Positions 31,027 to 47,320 of a stretch of DNA of 64,000 nucleotides are shown here, one piece after another; position 1 is the stretch's first letter; every line of letters starts with the position of its first letter. The stretch lies in NCBI RefSeq assembly GCF_009914755.1, contig NC_060945.1. One strand, 5' to 3'. A program made the translations under genes and the position numbers. This DNA comes from the human T2T-CHM13v2.0 reference genome, Homo sapiens. The notes beneath the pieces were generated by a model. The model saw only the letters and a program-made list of their open reading frames with translations. It did not search any database and was not told the origin of the DNA.

Positions 31027-33740
31027 CTGTCTCCTATATTAGAAATTAAAATGGAGAAAGTTTTAAATGGTTTTCTTATTAATTTATTAAAAATAAAATA
31101 ATAAACCCACTACATGTGAATGTAAGTAACATTTTAAAAAATGAAAAGTCATTATATTTTCCAAAATGGAAAAGGATATTTAGTAAAAAGTGGCAATTTT
31201 ACATTTCTGCAACTCTCTTTAAAGTCTGGTTTGACAGAGGACAGCTGGATTTTCATACTGGCTTCTGTGTTCAATCTGTTATATCATGTGATGTGTAGCC
31301 TATGGAAAATTCCACTGCTCACTTGTGAGAGTATGAGATTTAAAAGAGCAAATAATATCCTTTAAGATCAAACTCTTACCTTTTATAATAATAATATCTT
31401 TTATAAGACCAAAAATGTTTTTGATCTTTTGGGCTCCCTTAAAGGATGTAGGCACCCCCCAGGGTACCTGGTTCACACTTTGGGAACTACTGCTCAGCAT
31501 GTCTCATGTCATGCCTTGAGGAGCCTGAAGACCAGGCACATGGTGACGAAGCCAGGACTAGGTCCTATGTGTTCGATGTCTCTGCCCCTTGGCTTTATCT
31601 TGACATCCTATTGGTCTTTCAAACCATGCTGACATGCTCAGTGCTTTGCACCAAAGGGAATTACCGGCTACTATAAGTGATGCCATTTTCTGCCATTCAA
31701 AGACATGGAATTTCTTTTAGCTGAAAACCAGTCCACACCAGTGGAAACTGAGTGAGGTTTTTTATGGAGGTATAAAAATTAATTAAATGGAAATATTCCT
31801 GATGCTATGAATAAGGCTTTTCATTAGATAATTCTAGATATTAAATGATAGTCACTTTTGGGTAGAAAAGTGAATTTGAGATTATTTTACAGTTACTGGA
31901 TAATGGCAATGTATAAATGTAAATTATTATTAACATGCTATACTTTAATTTCAGCTAAAACTGCCTATATATGATATTTGTACGTGATACTTTATTATAA
32001 TTTAAAGTCTGTGCTTTTGCCTTTAAAAAGGAGCAAAGACAAAAACTGGAACAGCCCAAGAAAGATGAGGGTAAAAACTTCTAGAAGTAATCTAAAAAAC
32101 ATTTTCCTAAAGAATTGAAGTTACTTAATTTTTTATTCTTAAATTCCTGATATGAGACGATCATCTTGGAATTTCCGTTTTAACCTAGTGTTACATTCCA
32201 TTGAAATTCAAATGATTTTATTCTGTCATTATAGGTATCTAGGGAGATCTATTATGTTAATGTATATTTCCTATTAATATCAAATGAAGCTGTCTACATG
32301 TCTTGAAGGAGCAAGGACCCTTGAGTATTGAAATATGAAGTATTAAAAAAACCATCAAAATGTTATGAAATTTGGATAGTAACACTTCATAATAAAAGGA
32401 ACATTCTCAATTGTATTAATTGTCTGTACAAGTCAGGGTGTTTGTAATCCAAATATTGTAAATTTAGTTGAGGTCTCCATTTAATGTATAAAGCAATAAA
32501 GACTGTGGGAGTGAACTACAGGTGCCTTGAAATTATTTGGATCACAAAAGACCCAAGTCAGGTACATTAAAACTTCAGAAGGTATTTAGATTCCTGGGCT
32601 TTGCTGCCATTTCATTACATTGAATATTATCTTGAGAGCACCATTTTCTGGGAATGAAATTTCTCATACATTCAATATTTATTTTTGTTATTGTTGTCAA
32701 CATGGTATTTATTGATGTGAAATATGACCTACTGCATACTCTCCAGAATGTTTCAAAATCCTTCTCATTTTCCCAGGATGTTAACCTCAGTACACACACT
32801 CAAACCCGATGTTTCTACTAGAACTAGATTTTGTGGTATCATCTGCTGTAGGAAGACAGGTTTTTCAGAAATATTAGGGTTATAATTTTTTTTAATGTAG
32901 AAAATAAACGTTTCAGGGCTTGGAGGTTCAGAGATTTTTCATTCCTCTATGAGCAAAGCACCTTCATCATTTGATTAGTTAAGCCACAGATTTCATTTGT
33001 TTCTGGAAATAACTTTCTACTTGAAAGAAACAATAGCTCATAGCTTCCATTATAAATCTTTCTGTCTCATTTAAATGGCTAAATTAAATTCAAACATGTT
33101 TACAAATATAGACACAACCATCTGAATCTAGATTATTCACCACAAATTAGTAATTTGAACACAACCGAAAGATTTTTGGGGGAAACTACATTGCTGGATT
33201 TCTTGATCCATACCTTGATACTGGTTGTCCGGAGAGACTCCAAGAGTTAAATTTTTTTATTGACACACAAAAGCAGAAAAATACTGGAAGCAGAGTGGCT
33301 GCTGGGAGCCTTCCAACCTGAAAAAGAGATTTATGAATAATAAACCTCGTGATGGGGCTTACTTTCAGAGCTTGGAGGCTTACCCAAGCTAAATTGAATT
33401 TCTAAAACTGGAATGGATTTCTCTTGACTTAGCGAGCTGTGATGCATTTGTTTCTACAAGGCTCTGTTTCTGCGGGTGGAAGGTGTATGAACACACCTGA
33501 TTTTAAGAAAAGAATCCCCTCACATCCAGGCTGTAGGTAAATGCTACAGAGGAAAGGTATTATTTTGAACTACCTGTGGGACTCACTGTCGTTGTGTTTC
33601 TTTGAGTGTGAGTAGCCTTGCACAAGCTCAGGCTCCATGCTTGAATACCTGTGCCCCTTCCTTGGGAGAGAGACTATGGCCTGAGAAGTTTCAGTAGGTG
33701 TGGGGATATTCTAGGAGTACTTAAGACTTAGTTTGATTTG

Positions 33741-34050
<310 letters not shown>

Positions 34051-35923
34051 AAGACTTAGTTTGATTTGATATGATTATATGATTGCCAAGAATAAATAAG
34101 ATGAAATGTTAATGTACTGGGTACTTTCCTCTCCCTGTTTTAAATCAATCCCAAACCATAAAAGTTTAAGTTTATCTCACCTTTGGATTTTGAGGAAACA
34201 CACACACATGTACACACACAGAGTCACTTTCTTATTTTTCTGCTCTTAAGTAGGTAGAGAGAGAGGTCCCAAGAAGGACTTGCATTTATAGGCAGACAGA
34301 TGTACATGCTACCATTAAATGGACTGTGATTTTTCAAATAGAAAAATATAATTCAAAAATTTATTTCCAAAGAAATTTCACTACCCCCTACCCCTGGCCC
34401 TTTGTGGCTCCATATCTCCCAGTAGACATTCATCCCCCTCCCACTTGTGTCTGTGTTCTTGGTGCAAGATTATCTTTCAAGACCTACGTGCTGACTTAGG
34501 CAGATTTTGCTTAGGATATATTTTATCTGTCAACTCTCCTTGGTATGTGGAATTGTGTGGAGTAAGGCTTCGTGTGCAAGGCTGGGCATCAGCTTGGAGT
34601 AAGAAGAAACTGATGTTGAGTCCAGGAACCAAGGATGATTGAGTGATCACTATCATGCCCGAGAGAGGAGGTCAGTTTTGGCAGAGGATGCTGCCTGGCT
34701 GATCTTGCTCCTGGGCACAGGGTGGCTGGATGGAAGGCAAGAGGAAGAAATGCATTCTAGAAAGGCTACAGAGGGAATACACCTGCCCCTGCCTGCAGCA
34801 GTGACTCAGCTCTGCTCTGCTTCAGATGTGGATTGTGGTCATATCAGAGTTTGAGGATGGATCATGGTACACGGAAGACAGAGCAGCCTGCGATTCAGAG
34901 TTTTGCTGTTCCTGTAGGCCAGAGGGTGCAGGTGTCTGGAATCCAGGGGGAGGTGAAGCTTGAGTCCACACTGAGGGTCTAATATGCCAATTCTGCACAA
35001 ATCTCAATAGTCCACATGGAAACTTACCAAGCCAAGATGAGCCTCTTTGAAAAGGAACAGAGACAACTTTGAGTATCCAGCTGCAACGTGTGTCAGAAAT
35101 GTCAGAAAGGTTATAACTTTCACAGACAGCACTGGCTGTGAAAAAAGCACCTACCTAAAGTCATTAATGTCTAAGGTGTGCAACATATCCCAGGCTAGAA
35201 AGCTCTCAATCTGTTTCCCGCTAGGGCAATGAAACCCTGAGCTGCCTAAAGGTCAGAATCCACCATAGTGAGAGATAGCAAGTGCTGCTGTGAATACCAG
35301 AGGCACATGGGTGGTGGCGCCTTCAAGGTAAAAACTCAAACAGCTCCGGTCTCCATCTGGAGGTTCTTGGCCCTTTATCTCCTTCCTTTTCCATATTTGA
35401 AGAAATCAGAAAAAAAAAAAATCAAAACAAAAGTGACTGATGCTCAAGAGATGGGGTCCTTTGTGCTTTCGGCTCCAAACACTCTAAAGAGTTTCTATTC
35501 TGGAAGGAAGAAATGGACACACAAAGCTGCTTCTGATATTGATCCAGATGGGGAAAAAATGACATTGGAATTGCTTATTAAGCCGGGCATTTAAAGCCAT
35601 CGCAGTCTCCAGACAAACCCAGTCAATGGGTGATATTGCTCAACAAGTGAGCTGATTCTGCCTGAAGGTTACTTTAGGGATTAGTGCTGAGGGAATTTAT
35701 TAACATCCATCTCAGTTAGAAGAGTGACTTTTTGTTTGTTTTGCCCTTCAGAGTGAGCATTATAATAACTTCATTGAGCAAGGAACACCTCGGATAAGTA
35801 TGGTGCTTCTGATCAGTCTTGGGTGTGAAAGTGCTTGAAGCCTTGTGGACAGAAGCGGAGATTCCTACCCATCTCTAGCTGCAATTCTTTACATCTATAG
35901 GCTTGCATAGTTTAAAAAAATGT

Positions 35924-36239
<316 letters not shown>

Positions 36240-36659
36240 TTACCATGGCCTTGCAGGTGGGTTGGGAGAGGATCTCAGGCAAAGTTGCTGGTGAACTCAG
36301 GATTGTCCTAAGGTCACATAAATAAGAGGAGGAAAGTTTTGGTCATCTGACCCACAGTCCAAACACACCAGGTTGTCTCTATTTACACTTTCTCCTGACT
36401 TCCCTCTTGACCAGGGTCTTGTTTGTAAATGGGCAACTTGGATGGGCTGTGGTCTAAGCCCCTGGAACAGAATAAGGTTAATGGGCTACATCTTAGCCAA
36501 ACCAGAAACTATTGTATCCATAGTACCATTATCCCATCAGTTTAGTTAACTAGCCTCTGGCAAATAGGGGTGATCTCAGACTAATAATAGGGACAGCCAT
36601 GATAGTTTTCAAAATTAAAACATCAAAGCAACATGTTCATTTATAGCCTCTTCATATTT

Positions 36660-36808
36660 CACCTGCCCTCTTCCTCACCCTTTCTCTTTCTCCCTCCTTC
36701 CTTCCTTCCGCTCCTCCTTCTTCCCCTTCCTTCCCCCTTTCCTTCCCTTCCTTCCCTCCCTCCGTCTTTTCTTCCTACCTTTCATCCTTTTCTTCCTTCT
36801 TTCTTTTT
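36660..36808. repeat. (CTTC)n-like polypyrimidine low-complexity tract
   Basis: Directly visible. Confidence 0.9.
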
Positions 36809-37688
36809 GAGATTGAGCAGTGGACAGCTTTAGATCAGCTGAAATAGAATTTCATTCCACATCATACAGAGAAAGCTTATACACCTTGGTGAAAAAGTAA
36901 AGTTATACATTATTCTCAATGAATTGCTCTTAAAGATCTTCAAGATCTTGGCCATGAAGCAGCTTGAACCAGGAAAATGTGCATCCCTCTAGCCTTTGGA
37001 AACCTGCCCCAAGCAGGAGATATTCCAGGTTTCAAATGTTTCAGGTTCTGCTTGTCAATTACTTTTATGGAAATAGTATTTCTCACGCGCTTGAAAACAC
37101 TTTTGCTCTTTTAAGTAGGTGAAACACTCATAATCTTATTTATAGAATTAATGTGCACAGCAGGCAGTTTTTCAGAAGCAAAACCCAACCTAGATCTCAG
37201 GCTGGGCCAAATGATAAGATGGTTTAAATTTGTAGGTTTCATATTAGGTACATCTGGGATTACAAAAGCACGGAAAAATGCTAATATTTCTCCTTGGAAA
37301 ATAATGCTGTCAGTGGGCAGAGTGGGCTGAATTGTCCTCAAAGAGTAGATCTCCCTCTCAAGCTAGATGTGTTCTCCCCTCCACATGAGGCAGGGAAGAG
37401 TCAGCCTTGCAGCCCTGGGCGTGTCTCCAGGATACCCTTAGAGCAACCACAGAACATGCTTCGGACCCCGGGCAGAAGTCCCCAGGGTCACCCAAGAAAG
37501 CTCTCTAGCAGCCAATCTAGAACATAGCTCGGGGGAGATGCAGACCCAGAAAAGGAGAAACCAGAATCCCAGGGAGGCCTATCTGGAGGAGCGGACAGAC
37601 AGGGGCTTTGGCCTGTTGAAAGGTACAGCTAAGCTGTGGCAACTTTGCAGAGACTAGTAGGTTGCTAGAATTAAGAAATAAAGTCCCT

Positions 37689-37976
<288 letters not shown>

Positions 37977-39874
37977 TCACTTCTACCCGTTGGACTTTCC
38001 CAGCCAAAACTACAGAGCAATGATTAGGTGGAGCAGGAGAAGAGAGGAGAGTGAATCTGAGAAGCAAGAAATGCAGGGTTCCATTGTACCAAGTGCCTTT
38101 TTCCAGTTGTTGCCAATGTACTTCCCTCCCTGGCCTTTGGGCCAGGTCACCCTGTTCCCCTGTTTGTCCCCACTAATTAAAAAATGTAGCTTATTATACG
38201 ATAAGTGATTGCTGCTTCCCAAAGACAAAGTGGGAATGATTTTTGTATACAAATTCTGGATTGGCTTCAGAAAAAAAAAGCAAGAAAAGTGGTTTATTGA
38301 AACCATGCTTTCATGTTAACTGTGTAGTGTAATTGGCTGGCTTAGTATTTCTAAAGGAAAGAAAACTGTCAGATCTCTTTTTTAAGGATGACATATTTGA
38401 CATTCCTGGAGCGATGAGGCTGTCCCTGTGAAGGTTAATGTGTGTTCCCCACAGTCGGTGTAAGCCCCTCATCCCTCCTCAGGTGTCATTAAGGGGACAA
38501 GGAGGTGGCCAAAGAGGAGACACAAGAGGAAGCTGGCTGGAAGGTGGGTGAGGGTGGATACAGAGCTGTTCACACCTCCACCCAGTCTGAACGGAAGGCC
38601 CCGCTAGATGGCAGGCCAACTGGGAAATGGGGAAGGGACTGGGCAGGCACGGTTCTCCCCTGTAAGCTGGGGTTTGTCAGACCAGGAGGGAGGAGGAGAG
38701 TAGCTTCCAGCCACACACCCACAGACTGTGGGCTTCCAGAAAGCTGCTTTCTCAAGGGCTCAGTGGCGCCCCAGGCTCTGCTCCCACTGAGCAGAGTCTC
38801 TGGATGACTCCCCAGCTGCCTCGGCCCAAAGGAAAGGTGGGGAGGAGGGTGGGAGTGCCCGCGGCTCCAGGTGCTCTCTGGGAGGCTGGAGTAGCTGCTA
38901 CTGTGCCTGGGGCTGTAGGTGTTGGCCTGGGTTGGGAGGCAGGACTGAGGTCTCAGAGGAGAGGCTAAGCTTTGCCTCCACCCCTGTGGAGAGGCGCCAA
39001 GGAGCCAATCTGCTTTCATTCAGGTCCCTCTTGGATATCTTGGCTTCATAACCTTGAATTAAACTTCAAATTTGTGACTGCAGGATCAGCTGCTTAAAAA
39101 TATGAGAAATGACCATCTCCTTATTTAAATTGCACGTATTTCCTTTTAAGTTCTTCTCTCTCCTCCCCCGACACAACCAGGGGAATTGCTCTTTTCTGCA
39201 CCATGGTGAAGAAATGAAATCAGGGCCCCTTTAATGTCAAGTACATTCTGAACGTTCAAGAAGGAAGAAGAATAACAAGTACTGTGAGATCATTGAATTT
39301 AAAATGCAGCCATTTATAGACTTCACTATTTCCAGCATTAATTCGAAGGAGTAGATATTACAGTTATTATAATGACAATTTCTCATGGCTATTATGGCAT
39401 ATTGATCTGTTCTTTTACTATCGCTTTTTCCTCGGGCAGATCCTGTATCTGCTCAGGCTGAGCACACCGTTTTCTTACAGACTGTTGTTCCGTGTCGCTG
39501 CTCTGTTTTTCTGACATGTTATTTCCTTCAGTCTCATCATGAGCAAGAAGCCAAATTATTTGCATATCACTAGGTTTAATTTTAAAATTGTATTTCCTTT
39601 GAAAGTTACCCCCTTCTCCTATTCACTAAGGAGCAGATGCTTCTTATTCACCTGCTGGGATCTCCTTGCATTCTGGTCATGGTTTTTCTGTTCCAGTTGC
39701 CATTTCCTTTTTTCCTCTTGGGATGTGGAATGGTGTAGAACTGTGATCAGTGGAAATACGTATTGATTGGATAGACCAAGATATGGCTGGGTGTGCCGGG
39801 AGGAGGAACTGGGAAGTCAGCGACGTGGCCTCCATCACAACGTTTATGAAAACTCTCCCTTCAGGAACTTATGA

Positions 39875-40367
<493 letters not shown>

Positions 40368-42851
40368 TGATGTGAGTGAAGCAAGTCTCACTTCAGACTC
40401 CAGTTGCTACCAGTTCACCAAATCCAAGTGCAACAGACCTGGCCTGTGTAGGAGGGCAGACCTCGCTTCCCACAGCAGTCATCGCAAACGGGGCTAATCA
40501 TCGTGGGACCATGATCCTCCTCTCACCCAACCTTTCTTACACTTCAAGTTTCGCTCTTTCCACACAAACATAAAGCTTTTGGCAGTTTGGATGGATGTGC
40601 ACTCACCAAAATCCAATTTCCCACCAGTCCATTAAAAAAAAAAGTGTTTTTATAGTGAGCTTTGAAAATGGGCCAGGCCATGAGAAATGGTCCATGCAGA
40701 TGCTGGGTTGTAGATTATAATGCATTTGCTGGTTGGGGAAAGTGCTTTGAAGGTTCCTCCCAGGTAACTCTGAGCTCAGTAATTGTTTCATAGAACTTTC
40801 AGAATAAGATAGAGCAATGTTTAGCATCCGATTTTGGCTGGGGTTTTCCATGGATTAGCTGATGCCAGGCTGCCTCCATGCCAGCAGGAGCTGGGCATTT
40901 TTGCTGACTGTTTTTAGGGTCTTCCTCGCCCTTTAGCCATTTCCCCGGTTGCAGGGCCCCTGAGCTGCTTGGCCTGAAGGCCTGCCAATAAACCTCATCC
41001 GACTCTTGGTTTGCTCATGAAGGGTGGGGCTTGGGTGAATTCCCATTTGTTCTGTCCCTGCCATTCTATGCTTTACTCATTTGTTCCTGGTTCACCTGCA
41101 GTGAATCATTTTATCTCTTTGGGTTGCAGCATTGTACGACGACATTGTCTTTGGGCGCTTGTCGAATTCTGACTCTTTATGATTCTGTGGCTGTCTCTTT
41201 CCTGGGACAGTGTAGGACATTTGACTCCTTTTGATTTTATTTTCTGTAAGCATCAAGGGGATATCGCACATGAGTCCACAGGAGAAATACGATGTATTTT
41301 CTTGGTGGAGGCAGTGGAGGGGAAAGTAAGGGCAATGGATGGGATCTGAATGGGATTGTCACCGGCTGTGAACACAGGATAACAAGTAGTTATTTTTGTT
41401 GAAATAACAACTATTTCAACAAAATGGGTGAAAATGGGAAAATTTAACATTTCCTCTAGAAAAACTGCATTTCCAACTATCTGACAGTAAAACAGGGAAA
41501 CAGGGTTTATTTTCCTGGATCTTTCTGTAGCATATGTCCAGTTTAGAAAGGAGGCTGGCACCCCAGTGACTGGCCTCGAGGTGAGCACAGGTGTAGACAA
41601 CAGTGGTCCACTCGACAGAAACACAAAAGAAGTGGGTGCCTCCCTCTGGTGGCAATTGGCATACATGAAATTAAAGTGTGACTGCGATCTTTCAGGCAGA
41701 AGGTAGCCAACATTCTTTAGAAACTTTATAACCTTTTCACCTGTGGGCCTCGTCAACGTGACCTGGTACCAACCAAGCACTAGGGGAAACCTCAGCCAGA
41801 GGTTGCCGGGATAGGTGCTCCCCAGCCCCATGGCAATGGGATACTGAGTTATAGCTGTTTCTTGAAAAAGCCTCACTTGTCTTTTCTATAAATCCAGCCT
41901 ATTGTCACCTTAAATGATGGCTGTGTGTGGAAGAGTTGAACCGTAGTTTTGAAATTATAATCCAGACTTGTTTGTGGAAGAAGGAGATAGGGTTTTAGAA
42001 GACAAGATGAGCTACCTGCAGATGAGATATTCATTCTTATTCTATTCACACATCTGACAGTTGAACAAAACTATAAAACGTTGCCAATTACCTATCTGGG
42101 CTAGAAACGGCCTATTAGGTCACCCCGGCCATTCACAGCTGCTGAAATATGACTCCCTGTTGTGTATTTCCTCAGTTCAGCTTAAAATGACTTTAGCAAA
42201 AGGTCAGATGCTACTGCTCCTGGGAGATGTTTGCAATCTCTAATAGACTGATGTTAGACATTTTTTTTTCTAACATTCTATCTAAATTTGTTTCTTGACA
42301 TCAGTTTCTTGACATCAGCCTCTGTTAATGCTCCCTTGAGCCATGGCAGCTCCAAATGGGTATTTTATCCCTGCTTAAATTTTTGGTTTAGACAGAAATG
42401 CTTCTACTACCTCTGCTGATAATTAGAATGTGTCAAGGGATGGTATTTCATTGTTGGTCTTTTGAAAGGTTTTTTTTTTTTTTTTAAAGTATTTCCAAAC
42501 TGATTAATTTTTGATCCTGTTGCCCTGATCCCAGAAAATTTCTTTCTGTCTTTGAAATTTCTTGAAAAGAATAAAAGTAATCCACTTTATTTTTGGTTTG
42601 TAAAAGCTTTTTGGATGGGGATGCTCCGATGGCACCCACAAAGGGCAGGAGCCTTGCTTTCCTGCCAAGGTGCCACATAAAACAGGCCCTGGTTAAATGG
42701 TCACATTTAACCAGGCCCCATCTGAATTCTGCCTAGGTGTTCATCTACCTGAACCAATATAAAAAAAGTCTGGAGCTTCAGAACTTTTCACAACCCTGGG
42801 AAGAACTTCCCAATGCCATTTTCCGGGGTGATTCGGTGTCAGAACGTTATT

Positions 42852-43130
42852 ATTTTAATTTAATCTATTTTTATTTTTATTTTTTAGAGACAAGGTCTTG
42901 CTCTGTCTCCCAGGCTGGAGTGCAGTAGTGAGATCTTAGCTCACTCTAACCTTGAACTCCCAGCTCAAGCAATCCTCCTGTTTCAGCCTCCAGAGTAGCT
43001 GGGACTACAGGTGCGGGCCACTGTAACCAGATAACTTATTTTTTGAAGAGATGAGGTCTAACTATGTTGCGCAGGCTGGTCTCAAACTCCTGGCCTCAAG
43101 GGATCCTCTCGCCTAGGCCTCCCAAAGTGA
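42852..43130 (-). mobile_element. AluJ (Jo-like)
   Basis: gctcaagcaatcctcctg and ggcctcaagggatcctc are J-type positions. Confidence 0.9.
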
Positions 43131-44198
43131 GGACATTATTACTTGTTGCTTAAAACTAACACCAAAACTCTACTCTTAGTTAATCTTTTTGAGTCCAGGT
43201 TACTATATGTAGTTCAGCTACTTAGTCTAGAATGCCACATAACTTTACTTCTGGCGTATTTAATTTTATTATCTTTTTATAAATATAAGAACTCATCGTC
43301 CTGATAAGTAGAAAAAGGTACAGAGCTTAAAATGACCGATCTTTAAAAAGGTATTTCCAAGAAATCAGCAAGTGCCTGGCCATGAGCTCTTAAGATAGTG
43401 TCATTTTTAAAAAAAGCAAATAGAAGTGCTATGTCTTTGCTCCAAACCTACAAAGAGAAGGGACGTGAGGGGCTGTGGCTGTGGATTAGGAAAGCAGAGA
43501 TTGTGAAGTTTAACTGTCACAGGGCTGGCCGTCCCTAGAAATCAGCACCCATCTTTGTTTAGACATAAAATACTCACTTACAAATCCAGGCACACACCTC
43601 TGGGCAACAGCCCTCTCTGTCCTTATGACAACATTCTGATGTGGGATGCCCAGTCATGTTCAGCATGTTTGAAGGGTATTTGAAAATATGGGACTTCAGA
43701 GTCGTATACGGTAGTGTCTATTTCTGCTCTGCCATTTTCTTGCCATGCGTGAAAAGTGTAGAGCATGAAACGAAACACAGGACCCATGACTGAATGGAGA
43801 TTCCAGGTTGGTGGTAGCCTCAGGCTTGAGATTTTGAGCAGTGATGGGCGTCTATCAGCTCAGCTGCGTGGTTGGACCTGGGAGGGACTTGGCCCTGGCT
43901 TTGCTTCACAGACCCCCTTTGGAGTTGCCAGAGAGTTGTACCCCACGTGAAATTCCATACACAACAGACCCGTCTACCGAATAGTCTTGTGCATTTAAGA
44001 AGGCTTGTAATCCCTGGAAATACGCAAAGAGAAACACCTGTCTGCAGGGATTAGAAGCTCAGGGTGAAGAGCCAGGGCGGGAAGTGCCCCATGAGATAGC
44101 ATGGCCCAGCAGCTGAGTTGACAGCCAGGGCCAAGAAGGACGCAGAAACGTGTGTCATGAAGGATGCCAGATGCACACACACACTGTGGGAGAAAGGC

Positions 44199-44284
44199 AT
44201 TTAAATCAGACAGCACCAAAGAGAATAAAGAGTATTCTTATTCTTTATTTAAATCAGACAGCCCCAAAGAGAATAAAGAGTATT
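44199..44284. repeat. 38-bp direct duplication with a 10-bp spacer
   Basis: atttaaatcagacagc[a/c]ccaaagagaataaagagtatt at 44199 and 44247. Confidence 0.97.
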
Positions 44285-44505
44285 TGTAAGGAGAAAAGGC
44301 CCAGAGTACCCACTTTTGAAAGCAGCTTTAGTCCCTTTCTGATGTACATGTGATGATTTTTCAACCCAAGCTGCTCTTTGCTTTCCCCATTGTTCATGAA
44401 GCTCTTGGGGGCTCTTACCAGCCTTTGTCTTCCTTCTTCACAAAACTCTGGAACACACTCCATTTGCCTTGGCTTCTACCTTTCCTTCTTAAAGTCAAAA
44501 TCTTT

Positions 44506-44812
<307 letters not shown>

Positions 44813-45659
44813 AAAGTAAAATTCTTTGTAGAATTATGGGGCAAGGAGAATTAGAAGAAACTCAGTGGGTTCAAGTGAGGTTCGTATATTAATTAGGCTA
44901 ATTGATGTTCCTTTGAGACTACTTAAAAATGTCCTGTAATTATGATTGCATTTGACTTTTTTTCTATTTAAAAACTGGGGAACTGTATGAAATTCTCTAT
45001 GGTGGTGAAATTTTTAGAGTTTAATGCTTTAAATCTGGTATTTGAAATTTTAGAAGCTGGGGCACATGTGAGTCCTAGAAGGTGGTGAGCACCCTCAGGA
45101 GAGTCAGTCGATACCTGGTAAAACCAGGGAATATCAGAGAAAAAGGAAAACTCCAATTATTCCAAAGCTGTGAAAGGAAGAAACAAATAGACCTAGTGCA
45201 GAATGAAGGGAGTGGCCTGAAATCTGACTAGGGAGGTCACCGTCCCTGGAGCAGGACCTGCTCACATCAATTTCCTGTGTTTTCAGGCACTTGAAAAACT
45301 ACACAGTTTCCACAACTGCAAAGGGAAGGGTATGGAAGGAGAAGCAAATGTCCCACAAGGAGAAAAAAATAACATGAAGCAGGGAAGCCTCAGAGGGAAT
45401 GTTGCCAAAGGTTACTGAATATAAAGGAAGTATTTCTGCAAAAAAAAAAAATCTCTGGGATTTTTAAAGCATTAAATACTATGAAGAAATGACCACCCAT
45501 TTCAGAAACTGAATGGATGCACGTAAGCAAAAGATAAAATGTGCAGTTCAGGGAAGGAAATGAGCCCATCCAATACACAGTAAAATACATGTGAATTTCC
45601 ATTATCAACTTGAAATAAAATGTTTCCTGATGAATTATACACTGATTATCACACACGTG

Positions 45660-46135
45660 TAGAAGATGAGGTTCATTTAAAAGAAGCTGAAACCCCAAGA
45701 TAACAACTGCTTAAACAATAGAGAAGGTTATTTCTCTGTCATATAGAAGGATTCTGGAGGTAGATGGTCAAGGGGAGTCTGTGTAGTTTCAAGGAGCATC
45801 AAGCATCTGTCACTGTTTGGCAATATTTGGCATAAGACTTCCAACTTATGGTTGAATATGGCTGCATGAGCACCAGCCATTGCACCTACATTTCAGCCAA
45901 CAGAAAACAGATATGAACAGAGGGAAAAAATGGGCAAGGGGTGTCTGTTAATTTTATCGTAAGATTTCTTTTTTCCACTTACATCATATTGACCAAATCC
46001 TAGTTGCAGGGACACATCCAACAGTAAGGAGGCTGGAAACTGTTTTCTGGATAACCATGTGCTCAGCCCCAGATCAGGGGTTTTGGAACTAAGAAAAAGG
46101 GGATAAACAAAGGCAATGAACAGACTCAGCCACAA
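45660..46135 (-). mobile_element. Old MaLR LTR (MLT1J-like)
   Basis: gcttaaacaatagagaaggttatttctct and aaggaggctggaaactg motifs. Confidence 0.6.
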
Positions 46136-46737
46136 CACCTTTCTGCTCCTGGAGTTTATTGGGTGCTTACAAGCTGGTTAGCTTGCACAGAGGGGTTATC
46201 TGAATTGTTGGATGACTAATTTGTCCTCTATCCCTCCAATCAGCCTGAAGAGATTTTTTTTCTATGTTTCCTAGTCAGAGTGTGAAGAAGGGCAAACTGT
46301 GGCTTTTCTGTGGTTTGCTGTTGGGGCAGCTAGCTGCTGATTCCTGGGAAGGAATTTCAATTCTTTCCATGTGCTCAGAGAGAAGAAGGCATTTGGTATG
46401 TTATTCTCACTCCCAAAAGCATTTTCATTTACCCACTTTCCTTCAAGTTATTCTCGAGTAAATATTAACATATTTTCTATGTAAATAAACTAAAATCTTG
46501 CAATCTGATCTCTAAAAGCACAAGATTACCCCTTTTCTTTATATAATATTTCTCTCCTCCCCTGGCCCCAGTCTAACTGGTTATGGCTATAGGAGGTGGT
46601 GGTGCAGACAGCAGAATCTACTCTTGTTGGATTTGGAAGAAAGGGCTTTTATTATAAGACCTTTAATAATTTCTGGCTTGGTAAATTTTCCTCCATCCCT
46701 TTGTTTTGAACCTATGTATGTCTTAGCTCAACCATGG

Positions 46738-47320
46738 TTCAACCATTGTGGAAGACAGTGTGGCAATTCCTCAAAGATCTAGAAGCAGAAATACCATTTG
46801 ACCCAGCAATCCCATTATTGGGTATATACCCAAAGGGATATAAATCATTCTATTACAAAGACACAAGTGTGTATATGTTCATTGCAGCACTATTCACAAT
46901 AGCAGAGACATGAAGTCAACCTAAATGCCCATCAGTAATAGACTGGATAAAGACCATGGAATACTATGCAGCTCTAAAAAAGGAATGAGATCATGTCCTT
47001 TGCAGGGACGTGGATGGAGTTGGAAGCTGTTATCCTCAGCAAACTAACACAGGAACAGAAAATGAAACACCACATGTTCTCACTTATAAGTGGGAGCTGA
47101 ATGATGAGAACACATGAATGCATGGGGGAGAACAATACACACTGGGGCTTATTGGGAGGGAGAGCATCAGGAAGAATAGCTAATGGATGCTGGGCTTAAT
47201 ACCTAGGCGATGGGTTGATCTGTGAAGCAGATCACCATGGCACACGTTTACCTATGTAACAAACCTGCACATCCTACACATGTACCCTGGAGCTTAAAAT
47301 AAAAATTAAAGAAAAAAAAA
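46738..47320 (+). mobile_element. L1PA (older, PA13-16-like) 5'-truncated 3' end
   Basis: End of ORF2 (ccatttgacccagcaatccc), 3' UTR (acctatgtaacaaacctgcacatcct) and poly(A). Confidence 0.93.

Noticed and set aside
36240-36480. Possible cryptic exons in intron 2 (acceptors at ~36257, ~36370 and ~36414; donor AAG|gttaat)
   Set aside because: Several competing weak sites and no way to rank them from sequence alone.
41253-41876. Longest non-repeat ORF (207 aa, minus strand)
   Set aside because: Non-ATG start, no recognisable domain or exon context; compatible with chance in 64 kb x 6 frames.
42290-42317. 14-bp tandem duplication (also a 19-bp imperfect tandem at 389-424)
   Set aside because: Real, but ordinary slippage products with no further signal.
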